Of a stretch of 64,000 bases of DNA, positions 42,306 to 57,342 are shown in pieces. The notes beneath the pieces were generated by a model. That model did no database searches. It was given only the letters and a program-made list of their open reading frames with translations, and had not been told where the DNA came from. Positions within the stretch are counted from its first letter, which is position 1; each line of letters opens with the position of its first letter. A program made the position numbers and the translations under genes. The DNA comes from Eledone cirrhosa (lineage: Eukaryota): positions 273,668,001-273,732,000 of the forward strand of contig OZ024740.1 of assembly GCA_964016885.1 (NCBI GenBank). The letters run 5' to 3'.

Positions 42306-42308
<3 letters not shown>
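41989..42308 (+). repeat. Fold-back insertion (about 88-bp imperfect arms) with HHR-like motifs
   Basis: Arms 42001-42087 / 42092-42177; CTGATCA-atagc-GAAA-cgtgcg-TC on +, CTGATGA-atagc-GAAA on -. Confidence 0.7.
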
Positions 42309-42359
<51 letters not shown>

Positions 42360-42479
42360 AAACATACATTCATATATCCTTTCTGTGTATGGCCACCTCC
42401 TAGAAAGAAAACAAACATTAGCAAAAACGTGTTATTGATGTCGCTGTCGCTGATACCGCCTTAGATAGCTCATCAAACA

Positions 42480-43062
42480 TGGAAGTGTCTTACATCTAAT
42501 ATTGCACAATGTTCAGGTAAGTTTCTGAAGTTTGATTGGCATAACATGCTTTTTGGTGGTGCGTTAGAGCACCACATGTGTAACACACTTTGGTACAGAT
42601 TTCACATGCAAAGTCAAGATATAAGGGGTACTCAAATGTGTTATTTATGCCCATGTGTATGACGTCTGGTTTAGCCCAAAGTTTGACATGCATCCACGCC
42701 CGCATCCCTCATAAGTAAGAGTCTATATCAGACTAGTCCCTCTCTTTCTTTTCAAATTCCTTAACTCCGGTAGCAACCAGGTTTTTCCACTGTATTTTGT
42801 CTGTTTCAAGATTTTGCCTTGTGTCGATGTAGATGTTGACATTATTCAGGATATCTATCAGGCAGTCTTTAACGGACTTTTGTGTTTGACACTGCAGGAA
42901 TTTGCGTTGAGACAGGTTACCACACAATACTTGTTTTGGAAGTATACTGCTCACTAGACATACTATTTGATCGGACCACCAGAGACGCTGTTTCATGATC
43001 ATGGTGTGGATGCATGGTTGACCGGCCCGCTGCAGTACATCAGTGTCGTATGAAACCACCAT
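42480..43062 (-). mobile_element. RTE/BovB-like LINE 3' fragment
   Basis: RLWWSDQIV..ILPKQVLCGNLSQ..QKSVKDCL..W..V.TGVKEFE plus downstream CEICTKVC..ALTHHQKAC. Confidence 0.75.
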
Positions 43063-43100
43063 AAGATCATTAATATACAAATGAATGCAAATAATAATTC

Positions 43101-43311
43101 TTTCTTGTATAGGCACAAGGCCAGCAATTTTTGGGGGGGCGAAAGTCGATTAAATTAACCCCAGTGCGTGACTGGTACTTTATTTTATCGATCCCGTAAG
43201 GATGAAAAACAAAGTTAACCTCGGCGGAATTTGAACTCAGATTATAAAGGGCCGTAACTCTATGCTGCAAAGCATGGCATCCAACCCTCTACCCATATTG
43301 CCAATCCACCG
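43101..43311 (-). mobile_element. SINE family A, full length
   Basis: Reverse complement of the family A consensus. Confidence 0.9.
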
Positions 43312-43654
43312 GATTTTAATTTCGAATTTAGGCCAAAGCAAGTCGATTTAGAGAACAATGAAGTCGATGAACTTGATGGTTATTACTTGACTGGTATTTC
43401 ATCGACAATATAATGTTGATCTCAGTGGAATTTAAAGCAGGTCGACAAGAGCTGGTAAGTCATAAAATATTGTAACTGCTTATTTCATTATCCTGTAAAT
43501 CCTCCGGTGTCTATAATTTCGGTAATAGACATACATTCAGAAATTTTGGTGGATGAAAACTGTCGAAGAAATCTGCCACGGTCCTGATAGACACTGAGAT
43601 GATAACAGGAAAGGTTGAACACCGTAGGATTTGAACTCAGAACTTAAAGATTCA

Positions 43655-43778
43655 CAACAAATAGTATCAATGTCGTTTTACGACAAATAGTACCAGTGTC
43701 GTTTTACAACAGTACCAATGTCGTTTTACAACAGTACCACTGTCGTTTCACAACAAATAGTACCAATGTCGTTTTACT
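43655..43778. repeat. Minisatellite of about 21-25-bp units (acaaatagtaccaatgtcgtttt), about 5 copies
   Basis: Directly visible. Confidence 0.85.
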
Positions 43779-43792
43779 GTACACGTCACATT

Positions 43793-44375
43793 ATTGGCAG
43801 TATCAGTAGAGGGTCGGATGCCATGCTTTGACGTATACAGTTACGGCCCTTGCCATTGTGAGTTCAAATACCGCCGAGGTTAACTTTGCCTTTCATCCTT
43901 ACGGGGTCGATAAAATAAAGTACCAGTAATGCACTGGGATAATTGCTGGCCTTGTGCCAAAACTAGAAACAATTATTAATAAACATGTGGATTGGCAGTA
44001 TCGGTAGAGGGTCGGACGCCATGCTTTGATGCATAGAGTTACGGCCCTTGTCATTCTGTGTTCAAATCCCGCCGAGGTTAACTTTGCCTTTCATCCTTAT
44101 GGGGTCGATAAAATAAAGTACCAGTAATGCACTGGGTAATTGCTGGCCGTGTGTCAAAAAGTAGCAACAATTATTAATAAACATAAGGCGTTGGATTGGC
44201 AGTATCGGTAGAGAGTCGGATACCATGTTTTGCAGTGTAGGGTTACGCCCCCATACGATCTTAGTTCAAATCCCACCGAGGTTCACTTTGCTTTTCATAC
44301 TGACGAGGTCAATAAAATAAAGCATCAGTAATGCATTGGGGAAATTGCTGGCCTTGTGCCAAAAGGAGAAACAAT
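43793..44375 (+). mobile_element. Head-to-tail trimer of SINE family A
   Basis: Units start at about 43793, 43987 and 44187, joined by caattattaataaacat. Confidence 0.9.
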
Positions 44376-44523
44376 TAATAATAACCATAAAGGAGAAAAC
44401 CAAATATAATTAAAAGAACATAGAAAATTATCAAAAATAATTAACTTGCCAAAATATGGAAAGTAATAAAGCAAATATAGAAATGAAAATTCCTCGTGAA
44501 ATAAAAGATAAATAAGAATATAT

Positions 44524-44561
<38 letters not shown>

Positions 44562-44779
44562 ATATATATATATATAAATGTATATATATATATATATATA
44601 TAAACAAATGGAGAGAGAATGTAAGAGGAAGTGAATTGTAAGAAAGTTACAATGTAATTTTAGCATAAGAATAGAAATAGCAATTCCTTCGCAGAAAAAA
44701 AGGGACGAAGGTGATGGAGAAATGTATGTAGATGGATGGCAGAAGGGAGCGATCGATATATAGAAAGACTGACTGACAG

Positions 44780-44952
44780 ACAAATAGATAGGAATATAGA
44801 TAGATAAATAGATAGATAGAATGATAGATGGACAGATAGATAGCTATCTAGACAGATAGATAGATATATAGATAGAGATAGATAAATAGATAGATAGATA
44901 GATAGATAGGTAGAAAGATGGATAGATAGATAGATAGATAGATAGATAGACG
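44780..44952. repeat. (GATA)n tetranucleotide repeat
   Basis: Directly visible. Confidence 0.95.
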
Positions 44953-45439
44953 GATATATTCATAGGATATAGAGGTTATTAGAAAGACGAAAGGGTCTTT
45001 TGTGAAATTGCTGTCCCATCAAGTAATTTCGGTACATTTGTGAAATGTTATTCTCATTATCACTTCCCTTGAGGTAGGTCGAAGAACGCTTGCAACATAA
45101 AACCGGTTTAATTAGTAGTATATTATATTACTTTTCAACATTAACTCACGCGCCTATTCATTTTTTTTATTTTTCGGAAAGAAGAAGAGTTCCAGAAATG
45201 CAAACATCATATATCCCTTATATTTTTGTGTCGTTTCTTTGACGTCTGTATTTAAAAAAAATATACTACTGCATTTTTTCGTCCGAGAACTTTGGGGTTC
45301 ATTTTATTTCATGCTTATACACACACACAAACACTTGCACATACATACACACATATATACTTACATACTCATGTACATATATATGTATTGTATATATGCA
45401 CGGATTCTCTTCAACTAGATACGTAAATCGATATATATA

Positions 45440-45492
<53 letters not shown>

Positions 45493-45587
45493 GTAATTAT
45501 TTCCATCTCTGACTTTGTACACACACACACACACACTCACACACACACACACACACAGACACACATAGACACACACAGACACACACA

Positions 45588-45645
<58 letters not shown>

Positions 45646-47010
45646 TATATATATATATGTTTACCTATATAAGTGCATCTATGTGTGTAGTTAATTGTGT
45701 TCCATATTCTCCTTTCCCTCGTCCATTTCCTCGCTTTTCGCTTTTCGCTCTTTATGCTTTATACTTTTCACTTTTTTCTTTAATCCTTTATTCCACCATT
45801 TAATAAGTGGCTGCTTCATCTCAATTTGAGCGTCAGTTTAAGCTCAGCTTTGCTGAGCTGTCACAAATGGACGAGCAATGTCTGGTAGTTCAATTCACAG
45901 TTATTTCAAGAATTATAACTGGATCAAAGCAGTCAGTCACATTGCCAGTTGGGGACATAGGCTTCATTCCTGATTACCCATTACGTAATTCATAACAACG
46001 ACATGCTAACCCTATTGCCACTACGCAATATAGCTACCCGAGCAAGAAAGCCCACGAACAGCGTCCAGACTACAACACTAGTTACTATGCACGTTAATCA
46101 AACGTTTAAACGACTCAACTAAACCAATCATCCTCTCATAGGCGTTCATTATTCAATACGCCAGCGACGTTTTGGGTCAGTCGCCTGACTGTGAAAAATA
46201 TATAGGTTTGGGTAAAAACAAAAGAAAAGACCAATCGACACATAATGGGGTATTTGATCATTTAATGTTCAGCTTCATTACAATTTTACATATAATTTTG
46301 CTTTTTTCTGAAAGAGTTGGTCGTATTTGCTGCCACAAAGACATTTGGTAATAAATCGATCTATTAATATAAACCTGCTCAACAACAAAATAGAGCAAGA
46401 CTATATTAGCCCAAGCCCAATACACATAATACAATTATCCAGTTAAATAAAATTAAAATTAAAATCACACCAGAAAGAAACCCTTCATATTAGAGACATC
46501 TCAACGGGGATCTTAGTCCATACGCCATCAAAGACGTGATAAAAAATATATAATCTTTGCTTACACATACATATGATGTTTGCAAACTCTGCAAACAGTA
46601 TTGAAATCGCTTCTCCGATTTAGAGTTTGGTGCACTTTTAGGCTACGGCGAACCACACAAACCTGTAACATAACCTGAACAAGCAATGCTTGTGCTTTGA
46701 AGTTTGCTTGGTGAGGAGGATGATATTTGGACACCCTGGGGAATGAACGGGGGAACTCAGCAGTGTCAACGGCCATCCAAATAGTACTTTTTTTCTTTCT
46801 TTTTTCCACCTGGGAGTGAAAGGCCCCCAGTCGTTCGTTGTCACAACACTTTTTTAGAAGAGGGAAACCCTGAAAAGAAAAAAAAACCTGTGGCTTCGGA
46901 AGCGTCCGATGATGTTCACCAGTTCCCCTTTTGGGGTAGCGTTTTCGATGCTCAGAAAGAGGTATTGGTCGAGCGCACTTAAAAAACTTCAAACACATAC
47001 GTACATATAT

Positions 47011-47328
<318 letters not shown>

Positions 47329-48685
47329 ATATATATATATATTTATGTATGTGGGTATGTTTGTATATAATTATGTATACATACAATCAGTTCAAAGAGC
47401 AGTTGGTTGCGGAGTCTGTGGAGTACTTAACGGAATCTGGCGGGGTGTTTAGTTTATTTCACTCAATAATGTTCTGATTTCAAATCATACTCGGTTATGA
47501 GTTTTGTGCCGCCTACAAAATTCAATAATGTTGTTAATACCCACGAACTGGCACTGATCAACACACTGTACCCTTACAAAAGCATATGAATTGCAAGAAT
47601 GTGTTATAAAATCATTAATACTATTTTGCCAGAAAAATACAGTGAAACACACTCACTGTATTGTTTGTTTTTAGCTTCAGTATATTCTTAAATTTCTATA
47701 AATAATTTAGCGGGCAATGATTGATGATGTTTATGGTTGATAGACCAATGGTTAAAAATAAAATATAAATATTTCTCAGAGTTCTTTTGTCACACATTTC
47801 TGTGACACCTTCAATGATCATATTAATGCTATCACTCTGTTATTCAACACACATGCTTATCTTTAGTCTTTAACTTGTACTTATGACACAAACATGCATA
47901 TATATCAATAATAATTACGACGGAGAATCAATATTATGCGAACTCTGATACATACTGTAATCTGTAACACAAGGACTATTAGGGGTCTGTTTAGGGTAAC
48001 GGAAATGAAAATTATAAAAACAAGTAGAAAATTGAAAAGTGTTCCTCTAGGTCACGTTTGATGGAAAAACAAATAAGAAAATTCAAATATAATTGCTATC
48101 TGTTTACTTCCTGCCTTATACATACCCTGAAAATAACACACAATATTGACTGGGGAGTTTTCTAATATATATGAACATGTTTATTTGAGTTGATGTGTGT
48201 GTATATGTATGGATGGATGTTTGTGGGCATAATTTATACAGCCATTACTACTACTGCTTCCATCAACCCACATTCCAGACCTTGTTTGATTGACAGACAA
48301 TGACTAAATATAAATTTGAGAGAGGGGTGGAAAACAAAACGTGCTGATATTGAGGTTCGGATCGGAGCAGACCTCCCCCCTCTATACATGATGTACTCTA
48401 AAGCTAACTTAATCAAGTGTTAATTATGTTAAGTGTAAAGTTTAAAAAATAACGCCATGAAGCGCAACCAAAAACAGGATCCTTTTGACCCAACCAATTA
48501 GTAATCCCCATTCATCGTAATATAAGAAACAACGTTAAGACCCCCCCCCCCCCATGCAAGAACAAATACAATAAGCTACAACAGTAATTATAATATTAGC
48601 ACATATAATATTTATTTCCTTCCGGAGTAAATACCACAAGGCATTCTTTCCAATTCTCCAACGATTCAGCCAATGTTTAGACTTA

Positions 48686-48730
<45 letters not shown>

Positions 48731-48899
48731 ACAAACAACAGCTACTACTACTACTATTACTGTTGTGTCTCATGATGATGGTGATACTTGTAATAACAGC
48801 ACCGACACCAAGAAGAAGAAGAAGAAGAAGAAGAAGAACAACAACAACAACAACAACAATAACAACAACAACAACAACAACAGCAACAACAAGAACAGC

Positions 48900-48932
<33 letters not shown>

Positions 48933-48940
48933 AATAATGA
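48686..48940. repeat. Compound (CTA)n/(GAA)n/(CAA)n repeat
   Basis: Directly visible. Confidence 0.95.
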
Positions 48941-49069
48941 TAAATTTGCTACTGATTTCATGACTGATATCTAGACTGTACAGAGTGAGGGGCGTGTGTC
49001 ATCTGTTGTATAGGAAGTTAAATTAATGGCGGGGAAAAAAGGCATAAATAATTAGCATCGAGGTGGGAG

Positions 49070-49465
49070 CATGGCAAAAATCTGATCCGTAGCAAACAAG
49101 CCGATGTTTACCAAAAGCACACCCATCAGTAGCTATGTAGTCCAGGGCTAAAGATAGGATGTGAAGGCTTCATCGTAGCTGCTCAAGATCGAAGCTTATT
49201 AATATGGATTTATCAAACCAATGTAATGAGAAAGGGATTAGTTCTAAAGTGCTGATTCTACAATGATGAGATTGAAACTGAAGACCACTTAATCTCTGGA
49301 TGTAAACTTTCAGCTAGTAGAGAGTATAAATCAAGGCTTATCAGAACTGGCCAATGGCAACACTAATTAATATGTCAGCATTATATAACGAAACCTGCTG
49401 ACAAGGGGTATAAACATCACCCTGCAGCTGTAACTGAGGGAGAAAACAACGGTTCTTTTGTACTT
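49070..49465 (+). mobile_element. Dong/R4-like LINE fragment (post-RT and CCHC region)
   Basis: HGK..ADVYQKHTHQ*LCSPGLKIGCEGFIVAAQDRSL..ETEDHLISGC..EY matches R4-clade EGFIIAAQDQSL / ETIDHLISGC. Confidence 0.75.
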
Positions 49466-49872
49466 TCCTCTACATATATACAGAACTACATCAATTAATA
49501 AACTTGACATTATTGTAACATACCAACATAATAAGCATGTTTATTAATTTATACGAGCATTATTGTGAGCATCTCATGTGATCACAATACTGCGGCAAAA
49601 GAATTTGGCGAGCTCTGAATATATAAATATTTGCTTATTCAAATAACCTCAATGGGATTTTGACACAGAACGTAAAACGGCAAAACAAACACGACGCTCT
49701 TACCATCCCGCAAAATAAATCCTTCTAAAATAAGGTATATGGTCAGCAATTTGGTATTTTATGTTATCAACCATGGAAGGATATACTGCTATTATCCAGA
49801 GCAGGACTGAACTCAGAACGTAAAGGAATGAAACAAATATCACAAAGCGATCGTCTATTCTGCCAAATAATA

Positions 49873-50053
49873 ATTGTTTCTACTTTTGGCACAAGGCCAG
49901 CAATTACCCAGTGTATTACTGATACTTTATTGTATCGACCCCGTAATGATGAAAGGCAAAGTTAACCTCGGCGGGATTTGAACTCAGAATGGCAAGGGCC
50001 GTAAGTAACTCTATGCGTCAAAGCATGGCGTCCGACCCTCTACCGATACTGCC
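49873..50053 (-). mobile_element. SINE family A
   Basis: Reverse complement of the family A consensus. Confidence 0.88.
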
Positions 50054-50834
50054 GAAGATGTTTGTGGGTGGTGTGATTTCTTTTTAGTGTTGCCTACTTT
50101 TTCGTTGTGATGCTGGCGTTGTGCCAGATGTGGAGCAATAATTGTTTGTTGTTCGTGTACAATGCTGTGTAGTGCAATAACTTGAACAGATAATTGGGAT
50201 CATTCGCTCAGGATACAATTTATGGGTACCTTTACTACTCCACCAGGAACATAAAACAGAAGATAGGTGAAATAAAACTTAAACAATAACAAACACTTTT
50301 AAAAATGAAGAGGTTAAATATTTTTTTTAAATATGTGAACAAAGAAAAATCTTGAACAAAATAGAAATTACAAAACTGAAATAAAAATGAACAACTTTGA
50401 AAATCGCTTTAAAAAAAAGAAAACAGAAGAATAACGGACACAAGTAATATAAGGATACTGAACAGAATACATTTAACAAATGGACACAATTAAAAGAAAT
50501 AAAAAATAATAAGTGGAATTTAAATAAACATTGAATGGAAGACAAAGAAAATCATTAGCATTACAAGCGTAGTAAATAATAAAGAGATTACTAAATAATA
50601 AGAGAAATCGATTTAAGCATTTCATGATTGGAGATCAAATATCATATTTGGGGTTTGTGTACAAATATCATTCTATCTATCCTCTATCTGTTCTTTCTTT
50701 CGTTTTATCTTTCTCACAACATTTTATACACATACGTACATAAATGCATGCATACACATATATTTATATTTGTGGGTGTGTGTATATTTTTATACCAAGC
50801 TGCTTCTATACATATGCACTGACACACACACACA

Positions 50835-50888
<54 letters not shown>

Positions 50889-50889
50889 G

Positions 50890-50935
<46 letters not shown>

Positions 50936-50957
50936 GCAGGCACACACACACACACAC

Positions 50958-50993
<36 letters not shown>

Positions 50994-51000
50994 ACACATA

Positions 51001-51300
51001 ACCCAGGTTCTGCTGCACGTCGGGTTGACGAGGCCAAACTCTCCAAGTGCCTGTTGCTCACCGATATGTTCGGGGTCGTGCCCTTGGCAGTGGAGACTTC
51101 TAGTGTCCTTGGCCTTATGGCTACCTCCTTACTCACCACCATAGGCGCTGAGCTGGCCAGCAGCAGGTGTGAGCCTCACGAATTAGAATAGCTCTTCCAG
51201 CGCATCTCCCTGATCATCCTGCGGGGATACGCCTTCTCCATTCTGTCCGCCGGGGCTGTGAAGAGGCCATCACGTGGGACCCCATTTGCTCACCATACGG
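51001..51300 (+). mobile_element. 3' end of an RLE-type (CRE/NeSL-like) non-LTR retrotransposon
   Basis: VVPLAVETSSVLG..LE*LFQRISLIILRGYAFSIL resembles the RLE C-terminal P.AVET.G..G...LFQRLS....RGNA.SIL. Confidence 0.65.
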
Positions 51301-51429
51301 ACGGAGAGAGATGGGGAGGGGGAGAGAGATGGAGGCGGTGACAGTATGACTACTTAGGTTACTATTTCCTTTTCTGCTATATATATATACATACAAACAT
51401 ATATACATATACGCATGGGTTATATCGAA

Positions 51430-54000
51430 TATTAATAATAACGTTTTTCATCTCAGGTACCCATGTAGAACTTTCTCTGTAAATTGGTCCATTTTTCATC
51501 TTTTTTGAACATTGAATAGGATCTTCCAATTTCCCTTGGAATGATGTTTATATCAGGCTTTATTCCATATCACTCCTCCAGATCGGCGGGTATCCTAATG
51601 ATATTATTTACTTTGTGCTCATAAACCTGGGCAAGATGGTTGTTGACCTTTTTCTTCTGTTGAAGATGTTGTTTCAGTGTTACTATTCGGTTATCGTATC
51701 GTGTTAATATGGATTTTAGACGCCGGCCATGTTCCTTGCGTGAGAAGTACAGACTATCCACATCGCTCAGTAACACTGAGAAGCTTCCGAGTTCTTATAT
51801 CCATCTCACTTAGTTCTTGCAATGACCAGTTCACCAAGCCAAATGTTGGCATTATGATTGACTCAGCATAAGTATTGTGGGCAATGTATTTGTTGTACGC
51901 TGATAGATCTGATGACCATACTTTCTTTACACTCCTGAGGTATTCACTTCTTATTCTCTCCTTATTTATGGGTCCATCATTTCTGACATCGTCATCCTGT
52001 CCAAGATGTATGTAGTTGTCACTGTAGACGTTGTATTGTTAAGCCGCTCAACTCTAGATTTCCAGAGGAGGGCAGAGCCCTTTCACGTTTTACTGTCAAA
52101 CATGCACATTTGGACGCATCAAATTTCATTCTGGTGTCAGCAGAAAATTCTGTAATGAGGTCCAATTGTCTTTTTATATAGTTGGTATTTGGCCCATACA
52201 ACTTCAGGTCATCAACAAAGGAAAGATGGGAGATATTTCTGGACCCACCTCTATGACCAATTTGTTTTGTGAGCAGGTATAATAGTGGGTTTAATGAGAG
52301 GACAAAGAGCAGCACTGATAAGCAATCAGCCTGAAAGATACCTTTCTGGTAGTGTGTTGTGTCAGTCTTAATATGTTCCTTCTCTCCCTTAAGGATCAAA
52401 TTGGTGTACCAGTTCTAGGTCGGGCGTTAAACAGCAGCTACTAGTGGTTGTGGGACTTTGGCTATCTGTAAAGCCTTAATAATCCACCCTTGCGGTACAC
52501 TATCAAAAGCCTTCTGATAATCCAGCCACACCACAGACATGTTCCTGCGATTCTTTGCTGTTTTTTCCTAGTAGGTGATCTATGCAGTCCAACATCTCCT
52601 TCATTCCACCAGCTTGCTCAGGTGTTATAATGTTGTTGGTGGCTCAATGATCCTGTAAGAACAGATTAAGGCACCCAGTGTATAATTTATACATGATGTT
52701 CTGGCAGGCTATTGGGCGGTAATTTTTAGCAAGGGTGGTTTGGCTATTTTGGGGGATGAGAAGAGTAGTGGTAGAGGAAAACCACTGGGGCAGTTCTTGT
52801 GTGCCTTTGATGGTTTCTCTAAATAGCCGTATGAGATCTTGTCGATAGAAGGTTAAATTATTCAACCAGTAAACTCTTATGAGGTCCGGGCCTGGTGATT
52901 TCTTATTCGACATTTTCTGTAGAGCTGTTTCCAGTATTGACCTGTCTATGTTAAGTTATTTTTTCTGGATATGCTGGCAGCATTACTGTTCCAGTTCTTT
53001 TAGCCATTTCGTTTGTTTGTTAAATCTGTCATTCGTTTCCGATACGGATCTCCAGTAGCTCTCAACCTGTTATTTTGTAGGGGTGTCATTTATAGAGATT
53101 GAGGAAACCTATTGAAGCTGCGATGAACTGATTTAGGATCTCTGGCAATAATCTATTTAGCACTTGCCATTTATGTGCTGTTGTCTTATATTTTAGTATT
53201 GCTGCTGTAGCTGTGTGTTGTTGTTTCAACTGGTGTAGTTTGGAATTTAGAGTTTTAAATCTTGTGTCTCCAAATCGCCTCTCTAGTTTTTGTTTCTTAC
53301 GCCTTCCTGATCTCGTGTGAAGTTTCTCTCTTATGTTACATTTCATAACTACAGTGATCTGTGAGATACTTCGTCTCAGAGACAACATTTTGTTTTTTTA
53401 AATTACGCATCCCCACTGGTTCAGGCTTTCTGTTTGTATCTTAGTTGCTTGGTTTTAGATGTTTATGATATGATAGCAATGTGATATCTGAAACATAACA
53501 ATATATTAAGCATTTCCTATGTCGTTTCCACACCTCTGGACTGTCTGGCCTTCAGATAATTGTCAGCTGTTTCGTTTACTGCTTCTATTTTAGTGGGTCC
53601 TTTACTGATTCTGGTGTTGTATGGTCTGTTACTCACATTACATATCTCTAGAAACATATTATCCCATATTACTTGTAAGGTGTCCACAAGTGTTTGGTGT
53701 TCTGTTTGTACAGTAGAGTTATGGATTTCAGCTAGGTTGTTGGTGTGCTGTTTACTGCTAGATTTAGCTGACCATTCTCTCCGTTCATCAGTGGAAGTGG
53801 GATGGATTTCAGCTACATTGTTGGTGAGCTGTTTTCTGATACATTTAGGTGACCATTCTCTCTGTCCGTCAGTGGAAGTAGGATGATTGTCTTCAATGGC
53901 TGTCATTATAGTGTCATTCAGTTCCGTTAGATGTATCAATTTACATCTAATTATACGTTTTGCCATGATGAGTTCGTCTATTCAATAATATTTTGCATTT
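51430..54000 (-). mobile_element. Dong/R4-like LINE, fragmented RT
   Basis: KSPGPDLI..YW, NYRPIACQNIMYKLYTG, WLDYQKAFDSVP, KGIFQADCLS..LFVLSLNPL, ISHLSFVDDLKLY; multiple frameshifts. Confidence 0.85.
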
Positions 54001-54446
54001 ATTCTTCAAAATAGACGATGATCTTCTTTAAAAGTCTGAACAAAGTTTTGTCAGAATGAAATTTTAAGTTGTTCACAGCTTCGGTAATATTTCTTTTCAG
54101 TTAGTTGTTAATTCTGCAACTGTATTCTAAATGTTCATATTTAGCGTTTTCATTTCGTTTTTGTTTTTGTTTTCGTTAGGTGAATCGTTTTGTAAAGTTA
54201 CTAAGTACATTTCTTTATGAATGTCATATAACAACGCTATATTTATATACTAAAATCTATGAATCGTTCATATAAATAGATGTGTTGCAATATATTTACA
54301 GTTCAAACACTTGTGTAGAAATATTTTATGTAATATTACAGCAATATGTAGCTCAACCTTTCCAATATATGGTATGTTGCCTTCATGCAAGCTGTAATTA
54401 CATACGTCCAATCATCGGACTGACGACAACAGTCGCCATTCGCTTT

Positions 54447-54478
<32 letters not shown>

Positions 54479-54590
54479 TGTATGTATGTATGTATGTATG
54501 TATGTATGTATGTATGTATGTTTGTATGTATGTATGTATGTATGTATGTATGTATGTATGTTTGTATGTATGTATGTAAGTATGTGTATA
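54447..54590. repeat. (TATG)n repeat
   Basis: Directly visible. Confidence 0.95.
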
Positions 54591-55903
54591 TATATATATA
54601 TATATATATTGTATGTGTATGAATATGCGCAGGGACATAGAAAGAGTCGGTCTGGATACCCGATCACGCGGTTAAGCCACTGGGAGTGAAGGACCCCTAG
54701 CATTCTAGGAGGAGGCAACTCAGGAAACTTGGATAACTCTGACATAAAACCTGCAGCTCAGTAGTTACCGATGATCTTGACTTTTCTTCTTTTCGGGTTA
54801 TAGTTACTGTCGCTCAGAGAGTGGGATTGGCTCGGTGCACAGTCTTTCTTCACTTAAAAAAAAATCTTTGCGCACAGGAATTGCATGATGGAATTAATTA
54901 ATTCTTCTTCTTCTTCAATTACATATGATTTTTTTTTTTTTATTGGTGTTTAGTCCAATTTCAACGGCATGCCACTAACTAAACCTTTAATAAGAGACAT
55001 TCCAGTCATGATAATCCCCACTGAATATATCGTGTCCCAGCATTTGGCTCGTTAGAAGCATATAACCTACAAGGGTGATGTTCACCATTAGCGATATGAA
55101 AAAATAAATATTATGAAAGAATATTATATCAAGGCAAAATATGATTGCTCCAAAGGAAAAATATCACAACAGAAACAAAGTATTTTCACGCTTATAAGCC
55201 TAACCACTAATTCCAGATTTTATGCCAAGCAAGTTAACCAATTTTTCCAGTAGCGAAAAATATTATGGAGAAACAGAATTCTTTTAAAAGTATTGTTTCT
55301 ATACTTTCTTTCGTTTCATTCATGTACAGTAATGAACAATGAAATATGAATGAAAAATGAATGAAAAATCATTTATTCTATTATTTTCTATGACAAGACA
55401 AGACGTCTGGTTCTTCTCTTTTATTTTCGACGTTGTTATTAGTAATTTTTGATTTTTTTTGTTTTTTTTTTGTTTTTTTGTTTTTGCAATCGAAGATTTT
55501 TCAGATAGATTATATATTCTTTTAAATTCTCTCTTTGTTATTTCTTTCATTCAAAGCAGAAAATCATTTGCAGGTCAGTTCAGACAGATTTTTAGGAAAT
55601 GGAGATGTTTCAGTTTTTGTAGATGTTCCCTTGTGATCAGCCAGAAAGATAAATTCTATTTTTTGCAATTAGGATTTTTTATTATGTTTGTTGTATTCTT
55701 ATATTTTGCTTTGTTTCGTTTAATTTTATGATTCTTTTGTTTTATACTTTCTAACTTTCAATGTAAAACTATGTTAAGTATTCAGTAAAGAAAACAAGTA
55801 AATCCGAGGCCTTACACATATGCACATATAACCACATATATACACCTTTATATAAATGTATATATTTGAGATAGATATGTGTAGAAGCTATGTATCGATG
55901 TAC

Positions 55904-55990
<87 letters not shown>

Positions 55991-56021
55991 TATACATATA
56001 TATATATATACATGTAAATAT

Positions 56022-56126
<105 letters not shown>

Positions 56127-56670
56127 TGTGTGTTTGTATGTGTGAGTGTATGTGTGAATATATGCGAGGATTTGTGTGTACACGCGCGTATGCGTGTGTG
56201 TGTAAGTGTATGAATGTAAGTATATATATATATGTATCTACATATACTCTAGCACCCATTCAGGCATATATATATATGCATGAAAATAAGCAGACACGGA
56301 TAAGCATAGATACACACATACACAGAAGGGTACACACTTAAGAAATATACAGACAAACATATAATCATATATCATTATAATAACATTGGCGCTAACTAGC
56401 TACTTCGTCTAGCATTTTCTCACCTTCAAGAAAATATAATATAATATATAACAGGAAAATAAATAAACAAATAAGAAATAATTGACCTACACATGTCAGT
56501 GTCAGAAACATCTGAATATATTTCTATAATTTCTCTTTTGACACACAAGAATGCATACACAGATATCTATACATGTGTGTGTTTATGCATATGTTTCAGA
56601 GAAGATATGTGTTTCAGAGAAGAAATGTGTGGATATTTGAGTATTCTTTTGTTTTCGGGTTTTTTATTCG

Positions 56671-56723
<53 letters not shown>

Positions 56724-56919
56724 ATGTGTGTGTGTGTGCGTGCGTGTGTGTGTATATGTATATATATGTATATATGTATATATATATACATATATATATG
56801 AACATACATACATATATATATATGTGTGTGTATATATATATATGTACAAATATATATATATATATACAAATATATATATATATATATATAAACATATATA
56901 TATATATAAACACACACAC

Positions 56920-56958
<39 letters not shown>

Positions 56959-57188
56959 AGTCAACATTCGAATATATGTTGTTTTATTATTCTTTACGTT
57001 TTTGTTTATTACTTTCTTCTCCATGTATATTATGTATATTTAAGTCTTTGTATTTAAGTATGTGCGGGTCTCAGTCATTGTGGTACATTATGTGCCTATG
57101 TGCATTTTTTTTTATATGGCAATCCTGAGTCGCATAATTCTTGATTCATTTACCTATCTATCTATCTCCATCTTTGTCTTGCTCTCCC

Positions 57189-57342
<154 letters not shown>

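Noticed and set aside
43655-43778. CRISPR-like array
   Set aside because: Units are contiguous with no unique spacers, there are no cas genes, and the context is eukaryotic
54628-54865. Possible RTE 5' UTR or SINE-like insert
   Set aside because: Single copy in the window with no clear Pol III boxes or coding motif
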